From Oscillospiraceae bacterium (lineage in GTDB: Bacteria; Bacillota; Clostridia; Oscillospirales; CAG-272): 64,000 nt of DNA. The notes under the pieces were generated by a model. It worked only from the letters and a program-made list of their open reading frames with translations, ran no database searches and was not told the origin of the DNA. Made by a program: the position numbers and the translations under genes. The DNA lies in NCBI GenBank assembly GCA_015063895.1, contig SVTG01000004.1, forward strand, positions 18,923 through 82,922, in the 5' to 3' direction. Below, in pieces: positions 1 to 10,014 of the stretch. Position 1 is the stretch's first letter. Every line of letters begins with the position of its first letter.

Positions 1-40
1 CGAGGCGCCTTGTTTTTTCTTTGGTTTTCATAAAATACAT
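1..40 (-). CDS. First 13 codons (MYFMKTKEKTRRL...) of a gene running off the left edge. It is presumably thiamine-related because the TPP riboswitch controls it.
   Basis: ATG at 38-40 on the minus strand, with AAGGGAGG 4 nt upstream, directly downstream of the riboswitch terminator hairpin. Too short to assign a family. Confidence 0.35.
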   Translation of the reverse strand, partial: MYFMKTKEKTRRL

Positions 41-49
41 GAAACCTCC

Positions 50-86
50 CTTAATAAAATTACCGCACGGAAATCTCCGTGCGGTA
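50..86 (-). terminator. Expression-platform terminator of the TPP riboswitch
   Basis: 10-bp stem ACCGCACGGA/TCCGTGCGGT (62-71 / 76-85) with a 4-nt loop, followed on the minus strand by AUUUUAUU. Confidence 0.7.
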
Positions 87-94
87 AATATAAG

Positions 95-200
95 GGTAGC
101 GCTCCCCTATGTATCTCCCTACGCCGGCATTATCCGTATCAGGTTAAAGGGTTCAAACTACTGTTTGTCTCAGCCGCCCCACTTGGCAGCGCCCCCGATT
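95..200 (-). promoter_or_regulatory. TPP (THI-box) riboswitch aptamer
   Basis: The minus strand reads GGGGCGGCUGAGA...GAACCCUUUAACCUGAUACGGAUAAUGCCGGCGUAGGGAG. This matches the conserved CUGAGA and ACCUGAUCUGGAUAAUGCCAGCGUAGGGA cores of the THI element. The ends are approximate. Confidence 0.85.
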
Positions 201-218
201 TCTATGCGGTTTAGCAAC

Positions 219-247
219 AATATAACACAAAAGTCGCGACTTGTCAA
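219..247 (-). promoter_or_regulatory. Sigma-A type promoter driving the riboswitch
   Basis: Minus strand TTGACA (242-247), 17-nt spacer, TGtTATATT (219-224 plus the TG extension). Confidence 0.6.
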
Positions 248-265
248 TACGAAATGAAAAATTTT

Positions 266-1603
266 TCAGTAACGCACGTTAGAGGCGACCTGTGTGATGT
301 CGACCTCGCTCAGCAGCGCCTCGTCAACCTCAATGCGATCAAGATACAGCGTGGTCTTCTGCTGCAGCATGTATTCAAGCGTCAGGCCGCGCAGAGTAGT
401 GAACCAACGCGAATTTTGCTCGTTTTTCCAGGCGGCGGTATCCAGCTCAACGCGCATCAAAACGTAATACCCCGAATCCGATTCCAGCACGCAGGTGCCA
501 CCCACCTCCAATTTGGCAAGCTCACTTGAGAAGGTGCCAAACGCGGTATCACTGCTGTACGTGCCAAGCGCAAAATACATACCGTTGGGGGCATAGGTAT
601 TGTTGAAATCACTGTTATCGGAAAGCTCCTTGGCGTATTCGAGGAACTTCGCCTCATCGTCAACGCAAAGCGCGGCGATCTGATCGGCGCGTTGCTTTCT
701 TGCCTGCATTTCCTCTTCGGTGTAATTTTTAACGATCCGTTCTCCCCTGCTGTCGTAGCGGTAATTGATCACACCGTTATCCTTATCGTAGGCCACGACC
801 TCATCGTTGCCATCGCGATAAAGCACAAGGTTATCACCGTACTTACTACCGTACTTAGTGGCATACTCGCCCTCACGTGCCACCGTTACGTACTTGGCGC
901 GCTCGCTTTCAGGCAGCCCCTCCAGCGTTGCGGCAGACACATAGGCCACGTGCTTGAAATCATCGTCTGTGTACCGAACGGCAATGCCGTCAGCATCCTT
1001 TTCATGGTCGTAATAATAATTGGCCAGCTGCATCTGATAGCCGCGATAATAGGTCGCCTTATAATACTCCTCAATGGCAGTATCCTGGATCAGCTTGCCC
1101 CCGGCCCCGTAAAGATGCTCCTTGAGAAGTGCGAGCTTTGCCTCCAGAATAGCGGCGTCACGCAAGACCGTCACGTTTGCACCGTAGGCGGCCAAAATAG
1201 AGTTCAGGGTGGTTTTTGATCCCTCACCGTCGGTGGCGATCACCTCTTCGATCCACGCATCGATCTCCTCTACCGTGCTTTTGGGAAGCTCCAAGTCATA
1301 TTCCTCAAACAGGATCATGGCGGCGGCAATATGCTTCAAGCCCTCCAGCACCTGGGCGGTATAAAACTGTGCGACGGTGGTGTGATCGGTTGAGATATAG
1401 CCGTTCCAGTAGCTGTCGCTGGTCACATTGGCGCCCGACTGCGCAAGCGACCCCTTCATGCGCGAGAGATAAAGCTGAAAGACGTTGACGGAGATTTTTT
1501 CTCCGCCTGCCTTGATCAGCGTTTTACCGTGTGAAGCACAAGCCGTGAGAAGCATCACACAGCAAAGCAGTGCGGCCAGCGCCGCCAGTAGTTTTTTCTT
1601 CAT
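266..1603 (-). CDS. PrsA/SurA-like (parvulin-family) foldase lipoprotein
   Basis: Signal peptide MKKKLLAALAALLCCVMLLTAC with a lipobox. The C-terminus (FSSELAKLEVGGTCVLESDSGYYVLMRVE) resembles a degenerate parvulin PPIase core. It lies immediately downstream of mfd, as in many Clostridia. The start was moved to the ATG at 1603 because of AAGGGA 8 nt upstream. Confidence 0.55.
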   Translation of the reverse strand: MKKKLLAALAALLCCVMLLTACASHGKTLIKAGGEKISVNVFQLYLSRMKGSLAQSGANVTSDSYWNGYISTDHTTVAQFYTAQVLEGLKHIAAAMILFEEYDLELPKSTVEEIDAWIEEVIATDGEGSKTTLNSILAAYGANVTVLRDAAILEAKLALLKEHLYGAGGKLIQDTAIEEYYKATYYRGYQMQLANYYYDHEKDADGIAVRYTDDDFKHVAYVSAATLEGLPESERAKYVTVAREGEYATKYGSKYGDNLVLYRDGNDEVVAYDKDNGVINYRYDSRGERIVKNYTEEEMQARKQRADQIAALCVDDEAKFLEYAKELSDNSDFNNTYAPNGMYFALGTYSSDTAFGTFSSELAKLEVGGTCVLESDSGYYVLMRVELDTAAWKNEQNSRWFTTLRGLTLEYMLQQKTTLYLDRIEVDEALLSEVDITQVASNVRY

Positions 1604-1690
1604 CTGTATCATTCCCTTTATATTTCGATTATCCAAGCTGTAAACACCTAACCATTATACAATATAATTCGGATTTTGTCTACCCCTTTT

Positions 1691-4600
1691 TTACGTCTGC
1701 CCCTCACCGTGCGCATCGCGCAGGCGGCGAAGAGCCAAAAAGAGGTCAGAGAGCTCACCGAGCATGGCGGCACCCTTGGCACCGCGGTAGCGGATATAGG
1801 GCGATGCCGACACCATCATACGCAATTTGCCCGGGAACGCGGTGGAAAGCTCAAGCCAATGATCGACGTCAAGCGCTTCACCGCAAATGGCGATATCGGC
1901 ACCGTCCTGCCTGATCTGCGTGATGCCGCACTGTGCGGCCAACGAGCGGATCAGTGCAATTTGCAGGAGATTGGAGGCAGCACGCGGCAATTCACCGTAG
2001 CGGTCAAGGAGCTCGTCTGTCATATCCTCCACGTCCTGCGGCTCGGCAATGAGCGAAATACGCTTATACAGCGCCATACGCTGCGAAGCAGAGGAAACGT
2101 AACGCTCCGGCAGGCAGGCATCCAGAGAAAGCGACACCACACATTCGACGCTCTGCGGCGGCAGCTCGCCCTTTTCCTCCAGCACGGCCTCGTTTAAGAG
2201 CTTGACGTAAAGCTCGTAGCCGACGGCATCGAGGTGCCCGTGCTGCTCGGCGCCCAGGAGATTGCCGGCACCACGCAATTCAAGATCGCGCAGGGCAATG
2301 CGGAAGCCCGCACCAAACTCGGCATATTCGCGGATCGCCTCCAGGCGTTTACGCTGGATATCGTCAAGCGTACGTCCACGGGGATAAGTGAAGTACGCAT
2401 AGGCACGACGGGGTGAGCGCCCCACGCGCCCACGCAGCTGATGCAGCTGGGAAAGCCCCATACGGTGTGCGTTATCCACGATAAGCGTATTGGCGTTGGG
2501 CACGTCGATGCCTGTTTCAATGATCGTGGTGCTGACCAGAATATCGATCTCGCCCGTGATCATATCGCCCCAGATCCTTTCAAGCGTATCCTTATCCATC
2601 TTGCCGTGTGCCACGGTGATCCTTGCCTCGGGGATCGCCGCCGAAAGCGTGGCGGCTACGGCATTGATATCGTCGACCGTATTGTGCAGATAAAAGACCT
2701 GCCCACCGCGCCGCAGCTCGCGGCGCACCGCCTCCTCAAGAATGAGCGCATCGTGCTCAAGCACGTAGGTTTGCACGGGCAGACGGTCACCCGGTGCCTC
2801 GTCAAGAACGGAAATATCGCGAATACCGCTCATCGCCATATTGAGTGTGCGCGGTATAGGGGTGGCGGTCAGGGTCAGCACGTCAACGTTGCCGCAGAGC
2901 TGCTTGAGCTTTTCCTTTTGCGCAACGCCAAAGCGCTGCTCCTCGTCAACGATCAAAAGCCCCAGGTCCTTGAAGCGCACGTCCTTTGAGATCAGGCGGT
3001 GTGTACCGACGATAATATCAAGGTCGCCGCGCGCCAAACGCAGCAGTGTTTTTTCCTGCTCCTTTGGTGTGCGGAAGCGCGAAAGCATATCCACGCTCAC
3101 CGCGAAAGCGCGCATACGTGCGCTGATGGTTTGATAATGCTGTAAGGCAAGGATCGTGGTGGGCACCAGAATGGCCACCTGCTTGCCTGCCAAAACCGCC
3201 TTATATGCGGCACGCAATGCGACCTCGGTCTTGCCAAATCCCACGTCACCGCACAAAAGTCGGTCCATGGGGGCCGCGCGCATCATATCCTCCTTGATCT
3301 CATCGGCGGCGCTGATCTGCCCCTCGGTCTCCTCATACTGGAAGGCTGCCTCAAACTCATGCTGGTATCTGTCATCGGGCGGGAAGGCAAATCCCAAACG
3401 GCGCTCACGCTCGGCATACAAGCGGATAAGATCCTTTGCCATATCCTTCACGGCCGCCTTGGCACGTGACTTGGCCTTTTTCCATTCGGCACCGCCAAAG
3501 CGCGAGAGCTTGACAAGCCCGTCGTCGGCGTGAGCGCCGATATATTTGGAAACGGCATCCAGACGGTCACAGGGCAAAAAGAGCTTGTCGCTGCCTGCGT
3601 ACTGAATGCTGACGTAATCGCGCGTTACCCCATCAATGGTCAGGGTTTCAAGCCCCGTATAGCGGCCAATGCCATGCGCCTCGTGTACGACGAGGTCACC
3701 GACGCAGAGATCGGCGTAGGACAAGATCGCCCCGCGCGCAGAGCGCCTTTTCTTAGCGCGCCTCAGCTTACCCGCAGGGGATAACCCACCGTGTCTACCC
3801 TCACCGTTCAGCGAAAGGACGGCGACACCCGAAATGCCAAGCTCAAAGCCCGTTCCGCTCTCGCCGATCGCAATGACGACCTCATCGGGACGGGGCGGCT
3901 CGGCCGCTTCGGCATCTGCCACACGCACGGCAAGAAATTTGGGAGAGAGCTCCCGTTGCAGCTGCTCTGCCGCTGTTCTGCTTTCAGCCAGCAGCAGTAC
4001 CGCACGGTGTGCGGCAAGATAATCCTCAATATCCTCTGATAAAAGCGTAAAATTATCCCCGTATGCGGCCGTATGCTTGGTTTTAAAGGTATAAAGACCG
4101 CCCAGGCGCCGCCCTACGAGCCCTTGTGCGATCGAGTCGATATGCACGGTAAGTGCCTCACCAAGAAAAGCCTCCAGCACGGCGGCGGTATGGGTATATA
4201 CGGCAAGAGCCGGAGAAATGGTGCCGTTTTCCAGCAGATCCTTAACGGTCTCCTCGGTATGCCAGAGGGCGGCTTTGGTGCGGTCGTTCACGGCATTGGT
4301 GCCGCGCAGCAGCACCAGCGTGTGTGCATCAAGGTAGGAGAGCAGGCACTCCCTTGCCGTATCCACTAACGTAAGATACTTGTCGGCAAAAGGAATTTCC
4401 CCGTCACCCGTAAGAGCGGCGAGCTCCTTTTCAAGCTCCTCTCGCCCACGGTCGCTTTTGCATTTTTTCAGCTGACCTGAAACGGCATCGCGCATCGCCT
4501 CACGCGTTTCGGCAGTGAGCAGCACCTCGCGCGCAGGGGGGAGCTCACAGCTTTGTATCATGGTATGAATGCGTTGCGTTTCAACGTCAAACACACCCAT

Positions 4601-5257
4601 ACGGTCGATCTCGTCGCCAAAAAACTCAACACGTATGGGGGCTGATTTCACCAAAACCTGCCCATCGGGTGTGAGAGCGCGCAAATTCGGCGCATAGATA
4701 TCCACAATGCCGCCGCGTACGGCAAACTGCCCCGCCCCCTCACAAAGCTCAACGCGCGCATAGCCTGCGGCAAGCAGCTTTTGCGCAAGCTCAGACGGCT
4801 CAAGACAGGTGGCGGTATCCAGCACAGTGGTAGCGGCACGCAGACGCTCGCGCGACACCGTAAGCCCCAATGCCGCGTCGGGCGTGGTGAGTACGATATC
4901 GAGCTCACCCTCAAGCAAGCGCCAAAGCACCGAAAGCCTCTCATGCTCGTACTCATGAGAGGCGGTGATGCTATAGAAGGTGAGGTCGCGTGCCGTATAA
5001 AAGGCGGCACGCACGCCGTAGCCCGAAAGCAATGTCGCGAGGCGCACACACTCCTTCTCCTCGGGGAGCAGGAAGAGCACGGCACCCTTATTTTTATCCT
5101 TCAGGTCGGGGACGAGCGCTAAGAGAAGCGCATCTGCCGCACCGTCGGTCAGGCCCGTTACGGCAAAGGGCAACGAGCGACGGCCGAGCGCGTGCGACAG
5201 ATCGGCAACGAGGTCGCGATATTCGGGCTCAGCACGGAAAAGCTGTGGGATCAGCAT
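1691..5257 (-). CDS. mfd: Transcription-repair coupling factor
   Basis: 1188 aa with a CarD-like domain (VHEAHGIGRY), helicase motifs GDVGFGKTEVALRAA, DEEQRFG and TLTATPIPRT, and a TRCF C-terminal domain. Confidence 0.95.
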   Translation of the reverse strand: MLIPQLFRAEPEYRDLVADLSHALGRRSLPFAVTGLTDGAADALLLALVPDLKDKNKGAVLFLLPEEKECVRLATLLSGYGVRAAFYTARDLTFYSITASHEYEHERLSVLWRLLEGELDIVLTTPDAALGLTVSRERLRAATTVLDTATCLEPSELAQKLLAAGYARVELCEGAGQFAVRGGIVDIYAPNLRALTPDGQVLVKSAPIRVEFFGDEIDRMGVFDVETQRIHTMIQSCELPPAREVLLTAETREAMRDAVSGQLKKCKSDRGREELEKELAALTGDGEIPFADKYLTLVDTARECLLSYLDAHTLVLLRGTNAVNDRTKAALWHTEETVKDLLENGTISPALAVYTHTAAVLEAFLGEALTVHIDSIAQGLVGRRLGGLYTFKTKHTAAYGDNFTLLSEDIEDYLAAHRAVLLLAESRTAAEQLQRELSPKFLAVRVADAEAAEPPRPDEVVIAIGESGTGFELGISGVAVLSLNGEGRHGGLSPAGKLRRAKKRRSARGAILSYADLCVGDLVVHEAHGIGRYTGLETLTIDGVTRDYVSIQYAGSDKLFLPCDRLDAVSKYIGAHADDGLVKLSRFGGAEWKKAKSRAKAAVKDMAKDLIRLYAERERRLGFAFPPDDRYQHEFEAAFQYEETEGQISAADEIKEDMMRAAPMDRLLCGDVGFGKTEVALRAAYKAVLAGKQVAILVPTTILALQHYQTISARMRAFAVSVDMLSRFRTPKEQEKTLLRLARGDLDIIVGTHRLISKDVRFKDLGLLIVDEEQRFGVAQKEKLKQLCGNVDVLTLTATPIPRTLNMAMSGIRDISVLDEAPGDRLPVQTYVLEHDALILEEAVRRELRRGGQVFYLHNTVDDINAVAATLSAAIPEARITVAHGKMDKDTLERIWGDMITGEIDILVSTTIIETGIDVPNANTLIVDNAHRMGLSQLHQLRGRVGRSPRRAYAYFTYPRGRTLDDIQRKRLEAIREYAEFGAGFRIALRDLELRGAGNLLGAEQHGHLDAVGYELYVKLLNEAVLEEKGELPPQSVECVVSLSLDACLPERYVSSASQRMALYKRISLIAEPQDVEDMTDELLDRYGELPRAASNLLQIALIRSLAAQCGITQIRQDGADIAICGEALDVDHWLELSTAFPGKLRMMVSASPYIRYRGAKGAAMLGELSDLFLALRRLRDAHGEGQT

Positions 5258-5895
5258 GAGCCACCCACCCCGTTACAGACCTGCATCGCGGCGGCAAGGT
5301 CGCCCTTCAGTAAGAGCGAAACACCCTTTTCGATCGCTTCATTCAATCCGTTCAGCGTTGCAAGCTCCTCGGTCGAAAATGCGGAAAGCACCCAGTCGGC
5401 AAGATCGTAAGACGGGTGCGGCTTTTTGCCGATGCCGATGCGCACACGGGCAAACTCATTGCTGCCAAGCTGTGCGATAATACTTTTCATACCGTTATGG
5501 CCGCCGTCGCTTCCCTTGCCGCGCACACGGAGTCTGCCAACGTCCAAGGTAACGTCGTCGTAAATAACGATCACGTGATCGGGCTCCACGTGATAAAACG
5601 CCGCCGCCTCACCAACGGCATCGCCCGACAAATTCATATAGGTCTGCGGCTTCATCAGCAGCACGCGCTGCCCTGCCAGCACACCCTCCCCGACCAAGGC
5701 CTTGAAGCGTGCGCGGTCAAGCGATATCCCCATTCCCTTTGCCAGCGCATCAACGGCAAGAAAGCCTGCGTTGTGCCGCGTGCGTGCGTACTCCGCCCCC
5801 GGGTTTCCGAGCCCCACCACAAGATACGCAGGGGCACCGGTCGCAGGTGCTGAAGCCGTTTCAATTTTCTTGAACAAATCGAAAATATTTGCCAT
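5251..5895 (-). CDS. pth: Peptidyl-tRNA hydrolase
   Basis: GLGNPGAEYARTRHNAGF and GHNGMKS motifs; overlaps the mfd start by 7 nt. Confidence 0.95.
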   Translation of the reverse strand: MANIFDLFKKIETASAPATGAPAYLVVGLGNPGAEYARTRHNAGFLAVDALAKGMGISLDRARFKALVGEGVLAGQRVLLMKPQTYMNLSGDAVGEAAAFYHVEPDHVIVIYDDVTLDVGRLRVRGKGSDGGHNGMKSIIAQLGSNEFARVRIGIGKKPHPSYDLADWVLSAFSTEELATLNGLNEAIEKGVSLLLKGDLAAAMQVCNGVGGSC

Positions 5896-6114
5896 ATCCT
5901 ACCCTCTCCTGCCGTTTGGCACACAGGTAACCCCCGCATCGCCTTGCAAGCACACAAACGCCGCCGCGAGAGCTCGCGCCGACGTCATTCATGATCGCAT
6001 ACCATTATACACTACTTTTTCGCCGCTGTCAAACTGTTTTTTTCAAGATTGATAAATATTTATCAGTATTCAAGAAAAGTTAACTTTATTTTTAAAAATT
6101 GTTATATTTGCCTC

Positions 6115-6143
6115 TTGAGTTTTCTACAATAGTATGTTATAAT
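6115..6143 (+). promoter_or_regulatory. Candidate ppdK promoter
   Basis: TTGAGT (6115-6120), 17 nt, TGtTATAAT (-10 at 6138-6143). An 8-bp hairpin TTATGCGG/CCGCATAA follows in the 5' UTR. Confidence 0.5.
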
Positions 6144-6218
6144 AATCGCCGTTATGCGGACGCCCGCATAATTTTATGTTAACAATAAAAAAATATTATA
6201 TATTTGGAGGTAATTTAA

Positions 6219-8843
6219 ATGGCAAAGAAGTATTGCTACCTTTTTACCGAGGGTAACGCTAACATGCGTGAGCTGCTCGGCGGCAAAGGCGCAAACCTTG
6301 CTGAGATGACCAACATCGGTCTTCCCGTTCCCCAGGGCTTCACCATTTCCACGGAGGCCTGCACCCAGTATTACGAGGACGGCCGTCAGATCAACGACGG
6401 TATCCAGGCCGAGATTAACGAATACATCGTAAAGATGGAAGAGATCACCGGCAAGAAGTTCGGCGACCTTGAAAATCCCCTTCTCGTTTCGGTTCGTTCG
6501 GGCGCTCGCGCTTCCATGCCCGGCATGATGGACACGATCCTCAACCTCGGTCTGAACGAAGAGGTTGTAAACGTTATGGCAGAGAAGTCCGGCAACGCTC
6601 GTTGGGCTTGGGACTGCTACCGCCGCTTTATCCAAATGTACTCCGACGTCGTTATGGAGGTCGGCAAGAAGTACTTTGAGGAGCTGATCGACAAGATGAA
6701 GGAGGAGAAGGGCGTTTCTCAGGACGTTGACCTGACCGCCGCTGACCTCCAGGAGCTTGCTGAGCAGTTCAAGGCTGAGTACAAGGCGAAAATCGGTGAG
6801 GATTTCCCCACCGACCCCAAGGTTCAGTTGATGGGCGCTATCAAGGCAGTATTCCGTTCTTGGGACAACCCCCGTGCAAACGTTTACCGCCGCGACAACG
6901 ATATCCCCTACTCCTGGGGCACCGCTGTAAACGTACAGGCTATGGCATTCGGTAACATGGGTGACGACTGCGGCACCGGTGTTGCCTTCACCCGCGACCC
7001 CGCTACGGGCGAAAAGAAGATGATGGGTGAGTTCCTGACCAACGCACAGGGTGAGGACGTTGTAGCAGGCGTCCGTACGCCCATGCCCATCGCTCAGATG
7101 GCTGAGAAATTCCCCGAGGCCTACGCACAGTTCGTAAAGGTATGCGGTATCCTTGAGAACCACTACCACGACATGCAGGATATGGAGTTCACCGTTGAGC
7201 ACGGTAAGCTCTACATGCTTCAGACCCGTAACGGCAAGCGCACCGCTCAGGCTGCACTTCAGATCGCTGTTGACCTCGTAGCTGAAGGTCACAAGACCGA
7301 GCAGGAGGCTGTTCTCATGATCGACCCCCGCAACCTTGACACCCTCCTTCACCCCCAGTTTGACGTGAAGGCTCTCAAGGCTGCCAACCCCATCGGCAAG
7401 GGCCTTGGCGCTTCTCCCGGTGCTGCTTGCGGTCAGGTGGTATTCTCCGCTGACGACGCTGACAAGTGGAACCAGGCAGGCAAGAAGGTGATCCTTGTCC
7501 GTCTTGAGACCTCTCCCGAGGATATCACGGGCATGAAGGCTTCTCAGGGCATTCTCACCGTTCGCGGCGGTATGACCTCCCACGCAGCAGTTGTTGCGCG
7601 CGGCATGGGTAAGTGCTGCGTTTCGGGCTGTGGCGAGATCGCTATGGACGAGGAGAACAAGCAGTTCACCCTGGCAGGCAAGACCTACCACGAGGGCGAC
7701 TACATCTCCATTGACGGTTCCACCGGTAAGATCTACGACGGTATCATTCCCACCGTTGATGCTGAGATCTCCGGCAACTTCGGCACCATCATGAGTTGGG
7801 CTGACAAGTACCGCAAGCTGCAGGTACGCACCAACGCCGACACGCCTACCGACGCAAAGAAGGCACGCGAGCTTGGCGCTGAGGGTATCGGCCTTTGCCG
7901 CACCGAGCATATGTTCTTCGAGGCAAGCCGCATCGCCGCTATCCGCGAGATGATCTGCTCCGACACCGTTGAGGGCCGCGAGAAGGCTCTTGCCAAGATC
8001 CTGCCCATGCAGCAGGGTGACTTTGAGGCTCTTTACGAGGCTCTTGAGGGCAACCCCGTAACCATTCGTTTCCTTGACCCGCCTCTTCACGAGTTCGTTC
8101 CCACCGATGAGGCTGACATCGCTCTGCTTGCCAAGAACACCGGCAAGACCGTAGCGCAGGTCAAGGCCATTATCGCAGGCCTGCACGAGTTCAACCCCAT
8201 GATGGGTCACCGTGGCTGCCGTCTGGCTGTTACCTACCCCGAGATCGCCGTGATGCAGACCAAGGCTGTGATCCGCGCCGCTCTGAACGTCAAGAAGGCT
8301 CACCCCGACTGGGATATCGTGCCTGAGATCATGATTCCCCTGGTTGGCGAGGTGAAGGAGCTTGCGTTTGTCAAGAAGCACGTTGTAACCACCGCTGACG
8401 CTGAGATCGCCGCTGCAGGCGCTGACCTGAAGTACAAGGTCGGTACGATGATCGAGATCCCCCGTGCAGCTCTGACCGCTGACGAGATCGCGAAGGAGGC
8501 TGAGTTCTTCTCCTTCGGTACCAACGACCTCACGCAGATGACCTTCGGCTTCTCCCGCGATGACGCAGGCAAGTTCCTTGATGCCTACTACGACACCAAG
8601 ATCTACGAGAACGATCCCTTTGCTAAGCTCGACCAGACCGGCGTTGGTAAGCTTGTGGAAATGTCCGCGAAGCTCGGCCGCGCAACCCGCCCCGACATCA
8701 AGCTCGGTATCTGCGGTGAGCACGGTGGCGACCCCTCCTCCGTTGAGTTCTGCCACAAGATCGGCCTCACGTACGTTTCCTGCTCTCCCTTCCGCGTGCC
8801 GATCGCTCGCCTTGCCGCAGCACAGGCCGCACTGAAGGACTGA
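6219..8843 (+). CDS. ppdK: Pyruvate, phosphate dikinase
   Basis: 874 aa with the phospho-His loop GGMTSHAAVVARGMG and PEP-utilising C-terminal motifs CRTEHMF and FFSFGTNDLTQ. RBS GGAGG. Confidence 0.95.
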   Translation: MAKKYCYLFTEGNANMRELLGGKGANLAEMTNIGLPVPQGFTISTEACTQYYEDGRQINDGIQAEINEYIVKMEEITGKKFGDLENPLLVSVRSGARASMPGMMDTILNLGLNEEVVNVMAEKSGNARWAWDCYRRFIQMYSDVVMEVGKKYFEELIDKMKEEKGVSQDVDLTAADLQELAEQFKAEYKAKIGEDFPTDPKVQLMGAIKAVFRSWDNPRANVYRRDNDIPYSWGTAVNVQAMAFGNMGDDCGTGVAFTRDPATGEKKMMGEFLTNAQGEDVVAGVRTPMPIAQMAEKFPEAYAQFVKVCGILENHYHDMQDMEFTVEHGKLYMLQTRNGKRTAQAALQIAVDLVAEGHKTEQEAVLMIDPRNLDTLLHPQFDVKALKAANPIGKGLGASPGAACGQVVFSADDADKWNQAGKKVILVRLETSPEDITGMKASQGILTVRGGMTSHAAVVARGMGKCCVSGCGEIAMDEENKQFTLAGKTYHEGDYISIDGSTGKIYDGIIPTVDAEISGNFGTIMSWADKYRKLQVRTNADTPTDAKKARELGAEGIGLCRTEHMFFEASRIAAIREMICSDTVEGREKALAKILPMQQGDFEALYEALEGNPVTIRFLDPPLHEFVPTDEADIALLAKNTGKTVAQVKAIIAGLHEFNPMMGHRGCRLAVTYPEIAVMQTKAVIRAALNVKKAHPDWDIVPEIMIPLVGEVKELAFVKKHVVTTADAEIAAAGADLKYKVGTMIEIPRAALTADEIAKEAEFFSFGTNDLTQMTFGFSRDDAGKFLDAYYDTKIYENDPFAKLDQTGVGKLVEMSAKLGRATRPDIKLGICGEHGGDPSSVEFCHKIGLTYVSCSPFRVPIARLAAAQAALKD

Positions 8844-8867
8844 TTTTAATCACAATTCTCAATAAAA

Positions 8868-8904
8868 GGGCTCCGATGAGAAGATCCTCATCGGAGCCCT
8901 TTTT
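8868..8904. terminator. Bidirectional intrinsic terminator (ppdK / convergent membrane-protein gene)
   Basis: 13-bp perfect stem GGGCTCCGATGAG/CTCATCGGAGCCC with a 6-nt loop, an A-run before and T5 after. Confidence 0.85.
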
Positions 8905-8913
8905 GTCGCTCGT

Positions 8914-9780
8914 TTATTTTTTGATAGGCAGCAGCATACGCGTTTGCTTTTTGTATGCATCAAACCCCACCTTGCGTGACTGCCTTTTTTCCGCCATTGG
9001 AATGCTGACAGCCAAAAAAAGCACCGTATTGGCAAGTGCCCCTGCCGCCAGATACCACGCGTGCGGCGCCGCCACGACCACGGAAAGTCCTACACCCCAC
9101 CACATCAGGATCTCGCCAAGATAATTGGGGTGACGGGAATACCTCCAAAGCCCGCGACGAATAAAGGCGGTGTCGCGCTTACGGCGGAACTGATGCATCT
9201 GAATATCCGCCACCCCCTGCATCAGGGCCGCCCCCAAGGACAGGCAAAGCAGCAGCACGCTACCAACGTTTGCAGAAAGCCCCACACGTATCGCATAAAC
9301 GCCGGGCAAAATACAGCCGTATACCACCAGCGTCGGCACCATATGTATGCCCACAAAATTGATCACGGGATAAAATGCCCCCGTCTTTTCCCTGAGCATC
9401 GTATACCGCCAATCCTGATGCATCAGATTACCAAAGGTGTACGCCCAGTTTGCTGTCAGGCGGATCGCCCAAAAGGAGACCACCGTGATCAAAAGAACGC
9501 CAAAGACGCTCAGCTTTTCTCCTGCGGCAAAAGCCACCAGGATCACGGGCGGCTGTACGCTCCAATACGGATCGTAGACCGACGCGTTTTTGCATAACAG
9601 ACTGAATATAAAGGTTACCACGGTCGCCGCCACGTCAGCCACAAGCAGCGAAAGCCACCAATCAAAATGATTGGCACGGTAGACCAAGACACCTACTAAG
9701 GTGGCTAAAATGTAGACAAACGCCACGAAAGCGAAGCTTGTCGCGCGATTTTCCTTCAAACGGTTCATAAGCTTTTGCAA
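8914..9780 (-). CDS. DUF1295 / steroid-5-alpha-reductase-like polytopic membrane protein
   Basis: Multi-TM protein with the C-terminal signature GLWRYSRHPNYLGEILMWWG. Confidence 0.6.
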   Translation of the reverse strand: MQKLMNRLKENRATSFAFVAFVYILATLVGVLVYRANHFDWWLSLLVADVAATVVTFIFSLLCKNASVYDPYWSVQPPVILVAFAAGEKLSVFGVLLITVVSFWAIRLTANWAYTFGNLMHQDWRYTMLREKTGAFYPVINFVGIHMVPTLVVYGCILPGVYAIRVGLSANVGSVLLLCLSLGAALMQGVADIQMHQFRRKRDTAFIRRGLWRYSRHPNYLGEILMWWGVGLSVVVAAPHAWYLAAGALANTVLFLAVSIPMAEKRQSRKVGFDAYKKQTRMLLPIKK

Positions 9781-10014
9781 TGCCTTTCGATCGGTGTTAT
9801 TTTTCTTTTGATCAATGGTTAAAAGGAGAGGATCGCAAACCCGACTCCCCTGCGGCTTGTCATAAGGATACCACGCCCCCCTGAAAAAGTCAATAAATAA
9901 AGCAAAATATTTCGACCCCTTGCCCCAAAATTTTCCAAAGGGAAAACGGCCTGCGGCATAGCTCTCGCCGCCCTTGCATATACTTTTTTAAAGTATCGTT
10001 TGATAGGAGATCTT

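Noticed and set aside
1676-5257. Numerous 60-180-aa plus-strand ORFs within mfd and pth
   Set aside because: All are nested antisense to long, motif-supported genes.
6174-8756. 860-aa ORF antisense to ppdK
   Set aside because: It mirrors a strongly supported gene on the other strand. The product is low-complexity (G/V/L/A-rich) with no RBS or motifs. This is the typical stop-free shadow frame of a GC3-biased gene.
8876-9597. Plus-strand ORFs (82 and 178 aa) opposite the DUF1295 gene
   Set aside because: They are antisense to a membrane-protein gene with a clear family signature, and their basic, low-complexity products are implausible.
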